From the NCBI GenBank assembly GCA_000934665.2, contig KZ538499.1:1-64000 (forward strand): DNA of 64,000 nt. The letters are read 5' to 3'. A program made the position numbers and the translations under genes. The stretch comes from Catajapyx aquilonaris (Eukaryota). Below are positions 30,201 through 41,195 of this stretch, in pieces. The notes under the pieces were generated by a model, which was given only the letters and a program-made list of their open reading frames with translations, did not search any database and was not told where the DNA came from. The first letter of the stretch is position 1. Every line of letters begins with the position of its first letter.

Positions 30201-30927
30201 ATGTCAGCCTTGAAGTAGGCAGCTTGAGGCGACCTGGCCCGACACGCTTTGTTCAGGTCATTGGACAGCTGCGGATAAATCATGATGTACTGTACGTTCT
30301 AAGCGGCGCTTGATGCGAATCGTACCTTATCGTCCAGCCCACATGCGAACACGTACTCAACCTTCCCGACCAGTTCGTCCCATCCGTCTACATTCGGCAC
30401 GACTTCAACTTGCGGGATTCCCTCGATACGTTTCAACGCAGCTTCCGCCCTGTTGTGTCCTTCCTCGTCGGGGTGGATAGACGCGCAGGACTTAATATCC
30501 ATCTTGCTTATAGGCTGCGGGTCATACACGTAAATCCATCTGACGCTGTACTGCAGGAGGTTACGGAGGACCTCAGACCCAATGGGGCCAAGTCCGACGA
30601 CCAGTGATTTGGAGCCATATATCCGGCTGATCCTTTCCTCTCCGAACTCATACTCCAAATGGCTGAAAAGCAATTATAATTGGCATTACTAATGACACAG
30701 TAATTAATTGGCAACCCCTGCAAATTAGTGAGCGCAGTAATTAAAATGCACAGGTTAGCCAAAGCAACTATCTGGCTATAATAATATAATTATTAATAAT
30801 TAATTAGAAATTGTTAGAACAAGAGGATGGAAGCCGGCCCTCAGCTTGATCCTGCTCATGACCCGGCCGGTGACCTGTTGGGTCAATACCTGTTGTCTGG
30901 TTGGTAGGCCGAGGAGTGGTCATCCAT
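27257..30927 (-). CDS. UBA6: Divergent UBA6-type ubiquitin/Ubl-activating enzyme E1, 979 aa
   Basis: Exons 30927-30890, 30662-30326, 30268-29870, 29814-29361, 29307-29048, 28994-28702, 28645-28475, 28416-28278, 28223-27897, 27839-27460, 27398-27257. All introns GT-AG and phase-compatible; 2940 nt total. Domain order IAD, FCCH (HGLRDGD), AAD, catalytic PYCTIKSFP (Cys 28950-28952), UFD. QLLHCFP..DGSLFW, EKYGVEVTMVVQDTKMVYVPIVPGH and DEDLTAPPVYY match recalled UBA6 rather than UBA1. Exon 1 is the least certain; orthologue versus paralogue is unresolved. Confidence 0.88.
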
Positions 30928-30995
30928 GGCTCCTTGGTAGAGAGAGAGAGGCCTAGGTTTGGAACCAGGAGAAAAACCGGGCTTCTTTTTCTCAG

Positions 30996-31049
30996 CACGT
31001 GTGACGTTCTACGTTCGACAGGTGACCGCCATTTTGAGGAGTGACGTCA
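30996..31049 (-). promoter_or_regulatory. Putative proximal promoter motifs of the UBA6-like gene
   Basis: CACGTG E-box (~30996), YY1-like CCGCCATTTT (31026-31035) and CRE TGACGTCA (31042-31049), all within ~120 nt of the ATG. Confidence 0.45.
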
Positions 31050-31224
31050 GAAGGAGGTGGGAAGGCGGGGGAGAGAGGGAGGGAGGGAAGAGCGGGAAAT
31101 AATTGGGGATGGACTAGAAATAAATTTTTGAAAATTAAAAATAATGTTGATGAATTATTATTGGAAATAATGTTGATTTATTCCTTGGTGCAGGTTAGAG
31201 ACCCTCCTGACGCAGGTGAAAGGA

Positions 31225-31310
31225 AAAGCTCCCCAGGCGGGGATTCGAACCTGGGGCCTTTCACTCAGCAAGCCGAGACGTTAGCATCACGGCCATCTAC
31301 TACACCTCCC
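31225..31310 (-). mobile_element. tRNA-related SINE head
   Basis: Minus strand ..gatggccgtgatgctaacgtctcggcttgctgagtgaaaggccccaGGTTCGAATCCccgcc; no clean cloverleaf. Confidence 0.5.
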
Positions 31311-31479
31311 CAATTTGCATCAATTGTATACTAGTAAATGATTTATAAATAACTGCCATGAAGTGTAAAGTGATTAAAAACTATTTGCACGAATTCTAAA
31401 CATTTTTTTTTAAATAATTAGTTTGAATTATAAATAATTGGGATCAATTCCAAGTTTTTGGCAAGAAGTACGGTATCTC

Positions 31480-32005
31480 TTGCATAGATGGCGCAACCCT
31501 CCCTCTCTGCACACTATACTGCCACTTTTCGGGGGATAGTGGTACTACTTGCGCCTACATGGACGTATAGTCCCATATTTCTCGTATACACGGCGCGGTC
31601 GCATGCGCACACTATACTGCCACTTCATGGTCGTGCAAGGGGTAGTGGTACTCAGAGCTGGGAAAGCTTACGAAATTTTTAGCTCAGCTAACTTCCGCTA
31701 ACAGCTACTTCGGTTAGTAAACCGTGGGCCGCGCTAAATTGCTAATGATAAACAGCTAGAATTGTTAGGGGGGTTTCCACTAACATTTCTAGCTGTTAAG
31801 CATGAAGGATTTGGTGATGTCCATGGTTTTGCTGAGCAAGTTAGCTGTTATCGAAAGTTAGCTGTGCCCACCTCTGGTGGTACTACGTAATACCATATAT
31901 CTCACATAGATGGCGCAACCTTCCTCTCTGTACACTACTGCCACCCTCCGGGGGTAGTGGTACCACATGGGCGTAGTACCATGTCTCTCACACAGATGGC
32001 GCTTT
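31480..32005. repeat. Degenerate tandem repeat interrupted by a hAT-like MITE
   Basis: Repeated catagatggcgc..cacactatactgccac..gtagtggtac; related pieces at ~44080-44150. Confidence 0.7.
31653..31876. mobile_element. hAT-type MITE with 8-bp TSD
   Basis: Termini cagagctggg / cccacctctg; exact GTGGTACT duplication at 31645-31652 and 31877-31884; internal inverted symmetry. Confidence 0.85.
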
Positions 32006-32916
32006 ACTATACAGAGTCCCTATTCTTGTGTGTGATTGGGCACAGTCCAGCGGAATGCAAATAAAGGCAATGTTCCAGGGGGCTAATTCGGCTGGAATGT
32101 CATCCAATCATTTCTATGGCCTCTCTGGAGCTAAAACGGGTCCTAGAACAAATCGGTGTGTCGCAAATAACTGGAGGAGGACCAGGCGGGGCTCCCCCCA
32201 AACTTGGAACCAATTTCCTCCGGAATTGTCAAATATCGGGAGCCCAGGTGGGGGGGCTTTTTGTAAATGGGACGAGGGGGGTAGGGTATAGGTGGGGGTT
32301 ATATGGAGGCGGGTAAGGGGGTGGGTTGGGTTTGGCTGCAGCTGAGGATGCGCGTAGTTTCGACCCACCCACCCACCCACCAAATCTCTGGATGCTGCTG
32401 GAGCTGGAGTCACTTGGAGTCCAGCATCCAGACTGGGGACAACCAGGAACTTCCAGAGGCAACAGGTGGAGACCACATATATGTAGTTATTAGTAGGAGG
32501 AGAAAGGTGCGAAGACATGTGACAGGTCCTATGGGTCCAGTGTCTGCAACAGGTGAGTTTAAACATTGAGGGATCAATCTTGCAACAGTGCAGGTCACGT
32601 GACATTGATTCGGTTAGGTTAGGTTAGGTTACCCCAGGAATCGCCCTGGAAAATCCCATGGATATCCACTGAATCTCCGGATATCCATAGAATGTACGTA
32701 ATGTATGCAAATGTCCTAATTAGGTTAGTAGGCTATAATAATTCATACCCCGTTAGTATATAGGCTATAGGTGAGCTTAGATTAGATTAACCTAGCTAGA
32801 TTATAAGTTGTGTTTGGTTAGATTATTTCAGGCGAAAAGGGACATTTTGATTAAAAGTGAAATGTTTTAAAAGCAAATTGTTTCCCTCCCATTTTAAACT
32901 TTAATTAGGCACCAAC

Positions 32917-33237
32917 TTGCCAAAATTTGGCAGTAAATTAGGCAAAATTGCGAAAGTGGAGAGGGAGAGACGCGGACCAGGCAGGACATCCGACGGTGAA
33001 ATGCCGAAGTAAGCGAGTCGTCACCGTGGAGGTGGCGCCCCGTGGCCGGAACGGCGGTTGTGGGAACTCCGTGGAAAGGTCGCGGTGGGGTTTTTTTTTT
33101 GAGGCGGTCGGCGTTTTTGGGGGGTTTTATAAATATCCTGGACACTATTTCCAAAAAACAAAAGCTTATTGCAATTATAGAAAACGCGGGCTAAATGTTT
33201 ACATAACTCCCAATGCTGTAGGCCGTACGGTGCGGGA
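32917..33237 (+). repeat. Dispersed repeat, copy 2 (copy 1 at 2038-2320)
   Basis: Same blocks in the same order as copy 1. Confidence 0.75.
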
Positions 33238-33477
33238 TGAATCGCAATCACAACAGGGTATTGATAATATAGATAGTCTGGAATTTTATGCTTTGCACGA
33301 AAGATGGGTTTGGGGGGGGGGGGGGGTGATCCAATTTTAATAATTATTAAAATGTAGTCTTAAAACTGTTTTTTTTGTTTGTTTGTAAAGATGGCGACTT
33401 TTTTGAAGAAGTTTGCGTCGAGGGCGGTTGACGACGCCAGTGGTCGCCTGTTGGCCATCCCGTGATTTTCGTAATCC

Positions 33478-33573
33478 ATGGAGCCATGGATGATCGGACT
33501 GGTGGTGATCTTCATCTTCGCCTTCCTCTGCGTCGTTTCATGCATCATGTACCACTTCTTCCTCAACCCTTAA
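33478..33573 (+). CDS. Candidate 31-aa single-pass membrane micropeptide
   Basis: MEPWMIGLVVIFIFAFLCVVSCIMYHFFLNP*. 26 of 31 codons end in G/C, like the verified genes. Lies in an exon-like block (T-rich acceptor ending 33390, donor CTG|GTAAGT at 33577/33578). Confidence 0.6.
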   Translation: MEPWMIGLVVIFIFAFLCVVSCIMYHFFLNP

Positions 33574-33919
33574 GCTGGTAAGTTGTAGTTCGAACATATA
33601 ATCCAGAGATGGCGCATCTGCCGCGTAGCTCCTGCTTCCATCTAGTGGGTGATATTTGAAAGCTCTTAATCAGCATGCACTCCCTTAGTTGAATGTGGCA
33701 ACACCCTCCCATAAATGTGTCACCGCGTGGTGTCGTTTCCAAGTTCCCTATCGGTGTGACATGTGGCGGCCTAGAAAATAACAGCCTTCATATCTACCTA
33801 TATAGCTTTAGTCAGACTGCGACACTTTCAAGCGTCACCACTGGCTATCTGCGGTTGGTATTGTTCGGCTTTACATGTCGTGCGCGGTTTTGGATACCTG
33901 ACAAACTCTCACACGGATC

Positions 33920-33940
33920 ATGACAAAAGGAGAAATCTAT
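33920..33940 (+). CDS. Candidate short first coding exon (phase 0)
   Basis: ATG ACA AAA GGA GAA ATC TAT|GTAAGT = MTKGEIY; could splice to 60189. Confidence 0.25.
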
Positions 33941-35039
33941 GTAAGTACATTGCTGGTTGCTGGAGGAAACAATCTGCATTGGCATGTATCAGGGTTGACA
34001 CACAAAATGGGGGAGATTATCGCAAAGTTACGATGTGCGAATAGCACATATCATCCAGCGATATTGACATCATATTTTAGCTTACTTTTTTTTAATTAAG
34101 CAGACTCATTTTTTGCCAGAATTTTTGGCGTGTCTCTGTTCGAAAATGGCTAGTGGAAATTTGGCACGGACTGACTGCCTTATCAAAGGGGGAAATCTCC
34201 GATTTGACTGACAAAAGCCTTCAATCAAAAGTTGGCCTCCCCCTCAACACAATGTCATAGGGAACAATGCAGAGCCGCCTCTCTCTCTCTCTTTTTTTTT
34301 GATTATTTAACCTGGCCTCCTAATTATCCCTCGATTATCGATCCAGACAAAAGAAAACGTGCCTATAACATTTCCCTCAAATTTGGCTGAAGAAATTAGG
34401 AAAATCCCAAGTTGGCCGCATTATTGTTTCCTATGCCCTCCATATGTCACCGGATGTCACAGAGAGAGGGAACCCTCACGGGTGCCAGCAAGGTGCCAGC
34501 CGGTGCCGGCAGCATAAGCAATTGTAAAATAAATAAGCGACAAAATATTTTAAAATCAAATGAACATATACAATGAAAATAAATGACTAAAATCAGATAA
34601 AGCATTTTAAACGAAATCTGGATAATAGAAATGGCAAAGTTTGTTGGTTTGCTTGTCCACGATTCGCTATGGCAACAGGCATCAATGGCAAACGTGTTGC
34701 CATGACAACGGGCCGTGTGAAGAACGGGTTCCGCTGCTAGTAATGAATACAGTAACAAATTAAATAATAAATTAATGGATACCGATATAAACAATAGTAA
34801 GCAATATATGAAATAAATTTCAAATTTTAAAATAAAACGCATTAAAAGCAAAAAAAAAACTATCGCAATAAATGAGTATGACATCAGTAATTTAAATAAA
34901 TGGCAAACGTAGAATAAAGCATATTAAAACAAGCAAATAAATAGCAAATACAATAACAATAAAACAATAGCCTTTATAATAAACACAAATAACACAAATA
35001 AAAGTACGAAAAATCGCATAAAACCATTAAAGAATATAA

Positions 35040-35315
35040 ATAACTAAATAAATGAATGAATGAATGAATGAATGAATGAATAACTAAATAAATAACTAAA
35101 TAAATAACTAAATGAATGAATAACTAAATAAATAACTAAATGAATGAATAACTAAATAAATAACTAAATGAATGAATAACTAAATAAATAACTAAATGAA
35201 TGAATAACTAAATAAATAACTAAATGAATGAATAACTAAATAAATAAATAACTAAATGAATGAATAACTAAATGAATGAATAACTAAATAAATAACTAAA
35301 TAAATAACTAAATAT
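35040..35315. repeat. (GAAT)n and 28-nt minisatellite
   Basis: Repeated gaataactaaataaataactaaatgaat. Confidence 0.9.
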
Positions 35316-36669
35316 ACTAAATAAATAAACAAACATATAAATTAATTAATGAACGAATGAAATTTTCGAGCCTGTAGGTTTCATTACAAATAATACACAA
35401 CAGAACAAAGTAAATAATAAATATGTGGCTAAAATTTTTGACACGAATAAAAATACTGTATTTGTAATCATTATTTGAATGCACATAATACAGCACTGTA
35501 ATATATTGCAAGTGCCTGTTGGCCACCCTGGTCGTCATTTCCGCTTACGTGATCCAGTATAGCTTTGAAAGAAATATTATTTTTTTGCGAATTTTTTTTG
35601 GCAGTCTTACAGTATCTGGGCTGGTTATGTTAGACTTTGACCACATCCGATCGATGAATCAAAGTTTGACGAGGTTTCTTTTCGGGAAGGTTGTGCAGCC
35701 AAGTGTGACATATAAGGCGAGAAAAGAGAGCCAATATGGGAGAGGGGGGTGCAGCTTAGCAGAGTGTCACCAGATCGGTTCCACTCAAAAAAACAGCGGA
35801 AAAATCCGTCTGAATTGCTCACTCTGCGATTATGTAGAGTGGTTTTTTGTAAGGGGAAAGTCCACCCTCCAAAAAAAAATTCTTAAAAAGAACTTCACTC
35901 AAGCGTTTAGCCATTTTCTACCCTCTATTTCCCCTCCCTCTCTCTCTTTTCCTATTTTTCTTTTCTTGGGAGTTTGGGGGTTCTCAACATCTCAAGACGT
36001 TGCAGTAGGGGTGGTGGTGGGTGGGGTGGTACGGAAACCGAGGAAAAAGGAAGATTAATCGCACACTTTTAATTTCACCCCTCCAAAACTTCACTTTCTG
36101 TCCTGGGAGGCCTAGGTGAAAACATTTATTTTGGTTACACCTATTAGTGCTCGCCCTTGCAGGTTTTTTTTTCCCCCAAGCATAGGGTGTCCCTAAACTA
36201 CCTAAAAATTGCAACAAAAATAACATGTAATATAACATTTTGGTGAAATAATTTTATAGACTTTATTAATTTTAAATATAATCATTGTAAATTTTTATAA
36301 CTAAATTTCAGCAAATTAACGTAATATAAGCACGTTATTTTGTTGAAATAATTTTCTAAATTTTAAATGAATTTTTAAATATATATTTTTTGCAAAATTT
36401 CATAAATTTTATCAATTTTTACAACCAAAAACGTAATTAATTGTAAACGTCATTTTTGTTGGCGCTGTTGGCGTATTTTATAAATTTTTAATGATTTGTA
36501 TAACATAATTTGTAAATTTTTCATCACTTTTAGAAATTATTTGAACACAAATAACGTATTAAAATAAACATGTAATTTTTTGTTGAATTAATTTTAGGTC
36601 GTTTATAGCCACCCTGTACTGTATTTAAAATTTCCAGGCCAAGCACTAATAGTGGTAACCATGATCCAA

Positions 36670-36681
36670 TAAATAAATGAA

Positions 36682-36720
<39 letters not shown>

Positions 36721-37490
36721 AAATATTTAAACTAATAGATCAAGGACTTTTAAATAATAAATATTGCAACTAAAATATTTTAAACAGATAAATATTTTAA
36801 ATAAATATTTTAAATAACCAAATAAATGTGTAACCAAATATTTTAAACAGATAAATATTTCAACTAAATATTTTAAATGACCAAATAAATGTGTAACTAA
36901 ATATTTTAAATAACCAAATAAATGTGTAACTAAATATTTTAAATAACCAAATAAATGTGTAACCAAATATTTTAAATAACCAAATAAATGTTTAACAAAT
37001 ATTTTAAATTAATAAATATTTCAATTAAATAAGTAATTATTTATATAAATATTTAGCGTGGATTAAAAATAATGTGGACTTAAGTAGATAAATAAATATT
37101 ATGTATATAAATAGATAAATAAATATTATGTACATAAATATTTTAAATAGATAAATAAATAATAATTATTTATATAAATATTTTAAATAGATAAATAAAT
37201 AATAATTATTTATATAAATATTTTAAATAGATAAATAAATAATAATTATTTATATAAATATTTAAATAAACAAATAAAATATATTTACATAAACAAATAA
37301 AATATATTTACATAAACAAATAAAATCTATTTACATAAATAAATAGATTACATATTTGCAATATAAAAATATATTTACATAAATAGAAAAAATATTTACA
37401 TAAATAAAAAATATATTTACATAAATAAAAAATATATATTTACATAAATAAATAAACGATATATTTGACATAAATAAATAAATATATAAA
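36670..37490. repeat. (TAAA)n, 33-nt and 40-nt minisatellites
   Basis: aaatattttaaataaccaaataaatgtgtaac(t/c) repeats, then tataaatattttaaatagataaataaataataattattta repeats. Confidence 0.9.
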
Positions 37491-38756
37491 ATGCAGAAAT
37501 TTTCCAGCTTCCCACATGTGCAGGACCATTTTACACAGTTTATTACGCCGACGTAAATAACCCGATATCTCATCTGAGATACCGCGAATTCCGACCAGAT
37601 TGTCATTCATTCACAGAGTGTCACAAAAAAGGGGTCGATGTGCCACCCTCTCCCTAAAAAAATATGTGTCGCAGGGGTGTACCCAGCATCAGCTTCCAGA
37701 CATGATTCAGAGGCGAGAATGATGACTCACATGTGTCGCGTGAATTATGATAACAAAAAAAAAACGCAGGAGGAGGAAGGTCGTGCCTTCTAAGTAATTC
37801 CAGTGGCTCAAGTGACTCTGAGTTGGACGGGTGCATTGTCTTGCAGAGAATGGTAAGAGAAACGATTATAATATATTACATATAATATATCAGGCAGCTT
37901 GAGAGTGTGCTTGTCTGGGCGCCACATATGTGAGGACTATAGCGCAACTTTCCAGGACTATAGCCAAAAGAATTTAGTCGGCTTTGTTTATCCTGAGCAA
38001 ACAAGTCTGTTAAAGGAAAACAGTAGCCTCCGTTAGTCTTAGCACACCGATAGACTCCTTTGCACTATTAATGCCAAGCTCAGGCAGACCTGTATTTACC
38101 TTTCTCTATTCGCCAATATTTGGCCAAGGGATTTCGCAAATACACACTGTAACCAACGTAACCGCTATTTTAATGGGGGGAAAAAAATCAGTTACTTGAG
38201 GACGTTAGCAAAATCATTGTTGAACACTTTGCCATTTTTTTTTTTTTGGGGGGGGGGGGAGAAGTATACATTTTTGGGGCTCCATCTTTCTTTAACATTC
38301 CTCGGGCGTGTCCCAATTATTTTTGTCGCCAAAGTTCGAAAACATGAAGGCGACGGAATTAGCTTTACAGAAGTTGATTCAGTCGTAGTTGATTCCCCTG
38401 GAGGAACCTTCCTTTTTCGCGACATTTTTTTTTTTTCTGGTGGTACATGAATAATTCTGGACGTCAAGAGTCATAGCTGTATAGTGCTATGGAACTTTAT
38501 TGGGGATAAAATTAATAATGGATTTTAGACCGATATACGGACCCATGGAGGAATAAACAACTTCATATAAATCTCTGACATAATATTCCAGACAATAACT
38601 CAAAGATAATATACATTAAATACTAACTAGTAAGACCATCTAAACGATTTTGTCATATGTTGAAACATCTACGTCAAGTTGGCAAAGACACAATAACGTT
38701 CGCTGGCAGCATTGTTCGCCTAATTATACACAACCATAAATACATTGTGTGAAATT

Positions 38757-38860
38757 TTTGTCCCACTGCTAGTTACTGCTAACTTATTAGAAGTACCATT
38801 GCCAGACACTGGCGCTGCTAAGTTAGCAACACATTAGCAGTAACTAGCAGTGGGACGAAA
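38757..38860. mobile_element. Small fold-back element
   Basis: tttgtcccactgctagttactgctaa / ttagcagtaactagcagtgggacgaaa. Confidence 0.7.
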
Positions 38861-39254
38861 ATTCTACCCATTATTGTCAACAACATAAGGTAATACAAAG
38901 ACGTTGTTTTTATTGAAATAATTTTATAAATTTCAATGAATTTTTAATTATATTTTGCTCATATCCATATAAATCATTATAACAAAACGTAATTTTTTTG
39001 TTGGCGTACAGAAATATTAATAAATTTTTATCAAATAATTTTTGTCTATTTTCGTTTGTAAATTATTTGAACAAAAATACACACGTAAAATAAATATGTA
39101 GGCCTCATTGAAGTTAATGCGACGTGTTATGCCGTGCCGTGCCTGGCAGGGACAGTACTAGTGCGGGCATGCAAGAGCCGTACAGATGACACCAACACTG
39201 AAGGTGCAGCCAATGATTTTTTTTCCCATCTTATTCCACAAAACATGACCAGCT

Positions 39255-39459
39255 AATTGGACGATGTTATGCAATAATGTGTCAACCCTCAAAAAATGCC
39301 AAAAGGATCGTACTTCAATCAGTTAAAACCAAACTGACGAATATACTTCTGCCATAAATGTCTCAGTGAAAAGGACACTGAATTAATTTCACAGAAGCCC
39401 TTTTTTCTCAAAACTGGTCTCATGTGGGTTGACTCATTATTGCATAACGCCGTCCAATT
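39255..39459. mobile_element. MITE, same family as 12465-12810
   Basis: Same TIRs (aattggacgatgttatgcaataatgtgtcaaccc / gggttgactcattattgcataacgccgtccaatt) and similar internal sequence. Confidence 0.8.
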
Positions 39460-41117
39460 GTAATTAAGTTAATCAATTTAGTCATAATCTAGCATTTCCT
39501 TGATATGAGTAGGTGCATGACGTATCTAAAATTATCAGAGGCTGTTGACGTCGAAAGTTTTTTTCTTTTTTTTCTTTAGATATTTATTTTCCCTGGCATC
39601 AAATCTGCTTTCTAAAGAAGGGGTTGTTGGTGGGTATAGAGAGGAAAACCGCAAAGTTTGTGTCATTACTGATTCACCCTGTGTTCGACGGTCTGGAAAG
39701 AGGATTTTGTGCTGAATCCGGATTGTCACGTCATGAAAAAACCACGTTGCCATGTGAGGAAGAGGAATGTACAGCTTTAAATGAACGGGGTGTTTAAAGA
39801 TAACAGAAATACATTTCGGACGTTTTACGATGTGGCTGGAGGGGGTGAAAACCACCGAAATTATCACCAAGGGAACGTTATCGTATACCCTATATATGCT
39901 CGACTGAAAATAGTTGTAACCGCACATATGTTACAGTGAAAATTTATGAGAACTTCTAATGAGACATCATCTCTGGAAACGCAAAACTCATGTTTGTTTA
40001 TGGAATTAAATAACATATCTTCGGTGACGCAACAATACATGTCATAGACGCTAATGGCGGGGGTATTTCCCTTTTGGAACCACACAAAAAAAGGAATGAG
40101 TCAAAACACATTCTTGGCACCGCTATTTTAAGCGTACTTCGCATTTTACTCGCCAAGTATGATCGGAAGCTGTTTATGTTTGTCTCTTCAAAATGTGCTT
40201 ATGACTTACAATCTGGAACACGAGGAAACATAAACAACTAAACAAAGGCAATGGTCCGTGAAGCCTTAAAGATCAGTACAACAAAGAGTCAGTGTAATAC
40301 AAGAAGCTAATATTAACTGCTATAAATAATTAATTGCTTATTAGTAAATGACATTTATACTGATTAATAATGCCACAGGTGGGAAAATGTGATATGATGG
40401 CGCAACTGTCGGCCCTGCCAGGCACGGCACGTCGAATTTGCCCGATAATTTTAAATTGTGGGGCGCTTATTGTGGGTTGTGTGTACGCCAACAGTTCTGA
40501 CCCTCTTGTGCGCCGCAGGCCAACGAACGTTATTGTGGCTCTGCCAGATGCTTCAATACGATTTTATGCACAAAATGTGTCCTTTCTTTAAATTTTACCT
40601 CATGATATCGTGACATCGGTTATGCCAACAATGTCAACGAACGTTATTGTGGCTTTTCAAATTTGACGTATGCACAAAATGTGTACCAAGCACACTGAAT
40701 AACACCTCCGACCTTCTCTCGACATCCTCTTTTAAATCTCACCTCATGATATCGCTGTCGATCACCCTTATCCAACACCTGTCGTTACACACCCCATGGC
40801 ACGCGACGTCACCCTCCCATTTTTTTTTACACGTCCTAAGGAATAATGGAGGGCGGATGCCGTCGAAGGAAGTGTCCCAGCCCATGCCAAAAAAAGCACT
40901 TCCTGAGAGTCTCACATATGTGGAGGGAGCCTCTGAAATACTGAAGCTGGCAACCTCCAAAAAAAAGGAGGTCCACATATGGCATGTGTGGTATGAGAGG
41001 GTAGGGGGAGAGAAGGTCGAACTAAAAACCCCCTCAGGAAGTGGAAGGGTGGTTACATCCTCTAACTTCCTGACTGTGGATAAACCTCCACAGTCATGAA
41101 GCAGCATTTGGTCAAAG

Positions 41118-41195
41118 ATGTGCGAATCCAAAGAGAGACACGTGCATTTCGGACGTTTGGACGTGACAGTGTTTCCACCCACCTTGGCAACCAGG
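41118..41195 (+). CDS. Candidate alternative first coding exon of the PH-domain gene
   Basis: MCESKERHVHFGRLDVTVFPPTLATR then AGG|GTGAGT, phase 0. Confidence 0.4.

Noticed and set aside
27257..30927. Calling the E1 gene UBA1 or a pseudogene
   Set aside because: C-terminal motifs are UBA6-type, and the spliced frame has no stops or frameshifts.
32613..32630. Telomeric TTAGG repeats
   Set aside because: Only about 3 copies, next to a MITE fragment; not a telomere.
33360..33566. 68-aa minus-strand ORF
   Set aside because: Codon bias and splice signals favour the plus-strand micropeptide.
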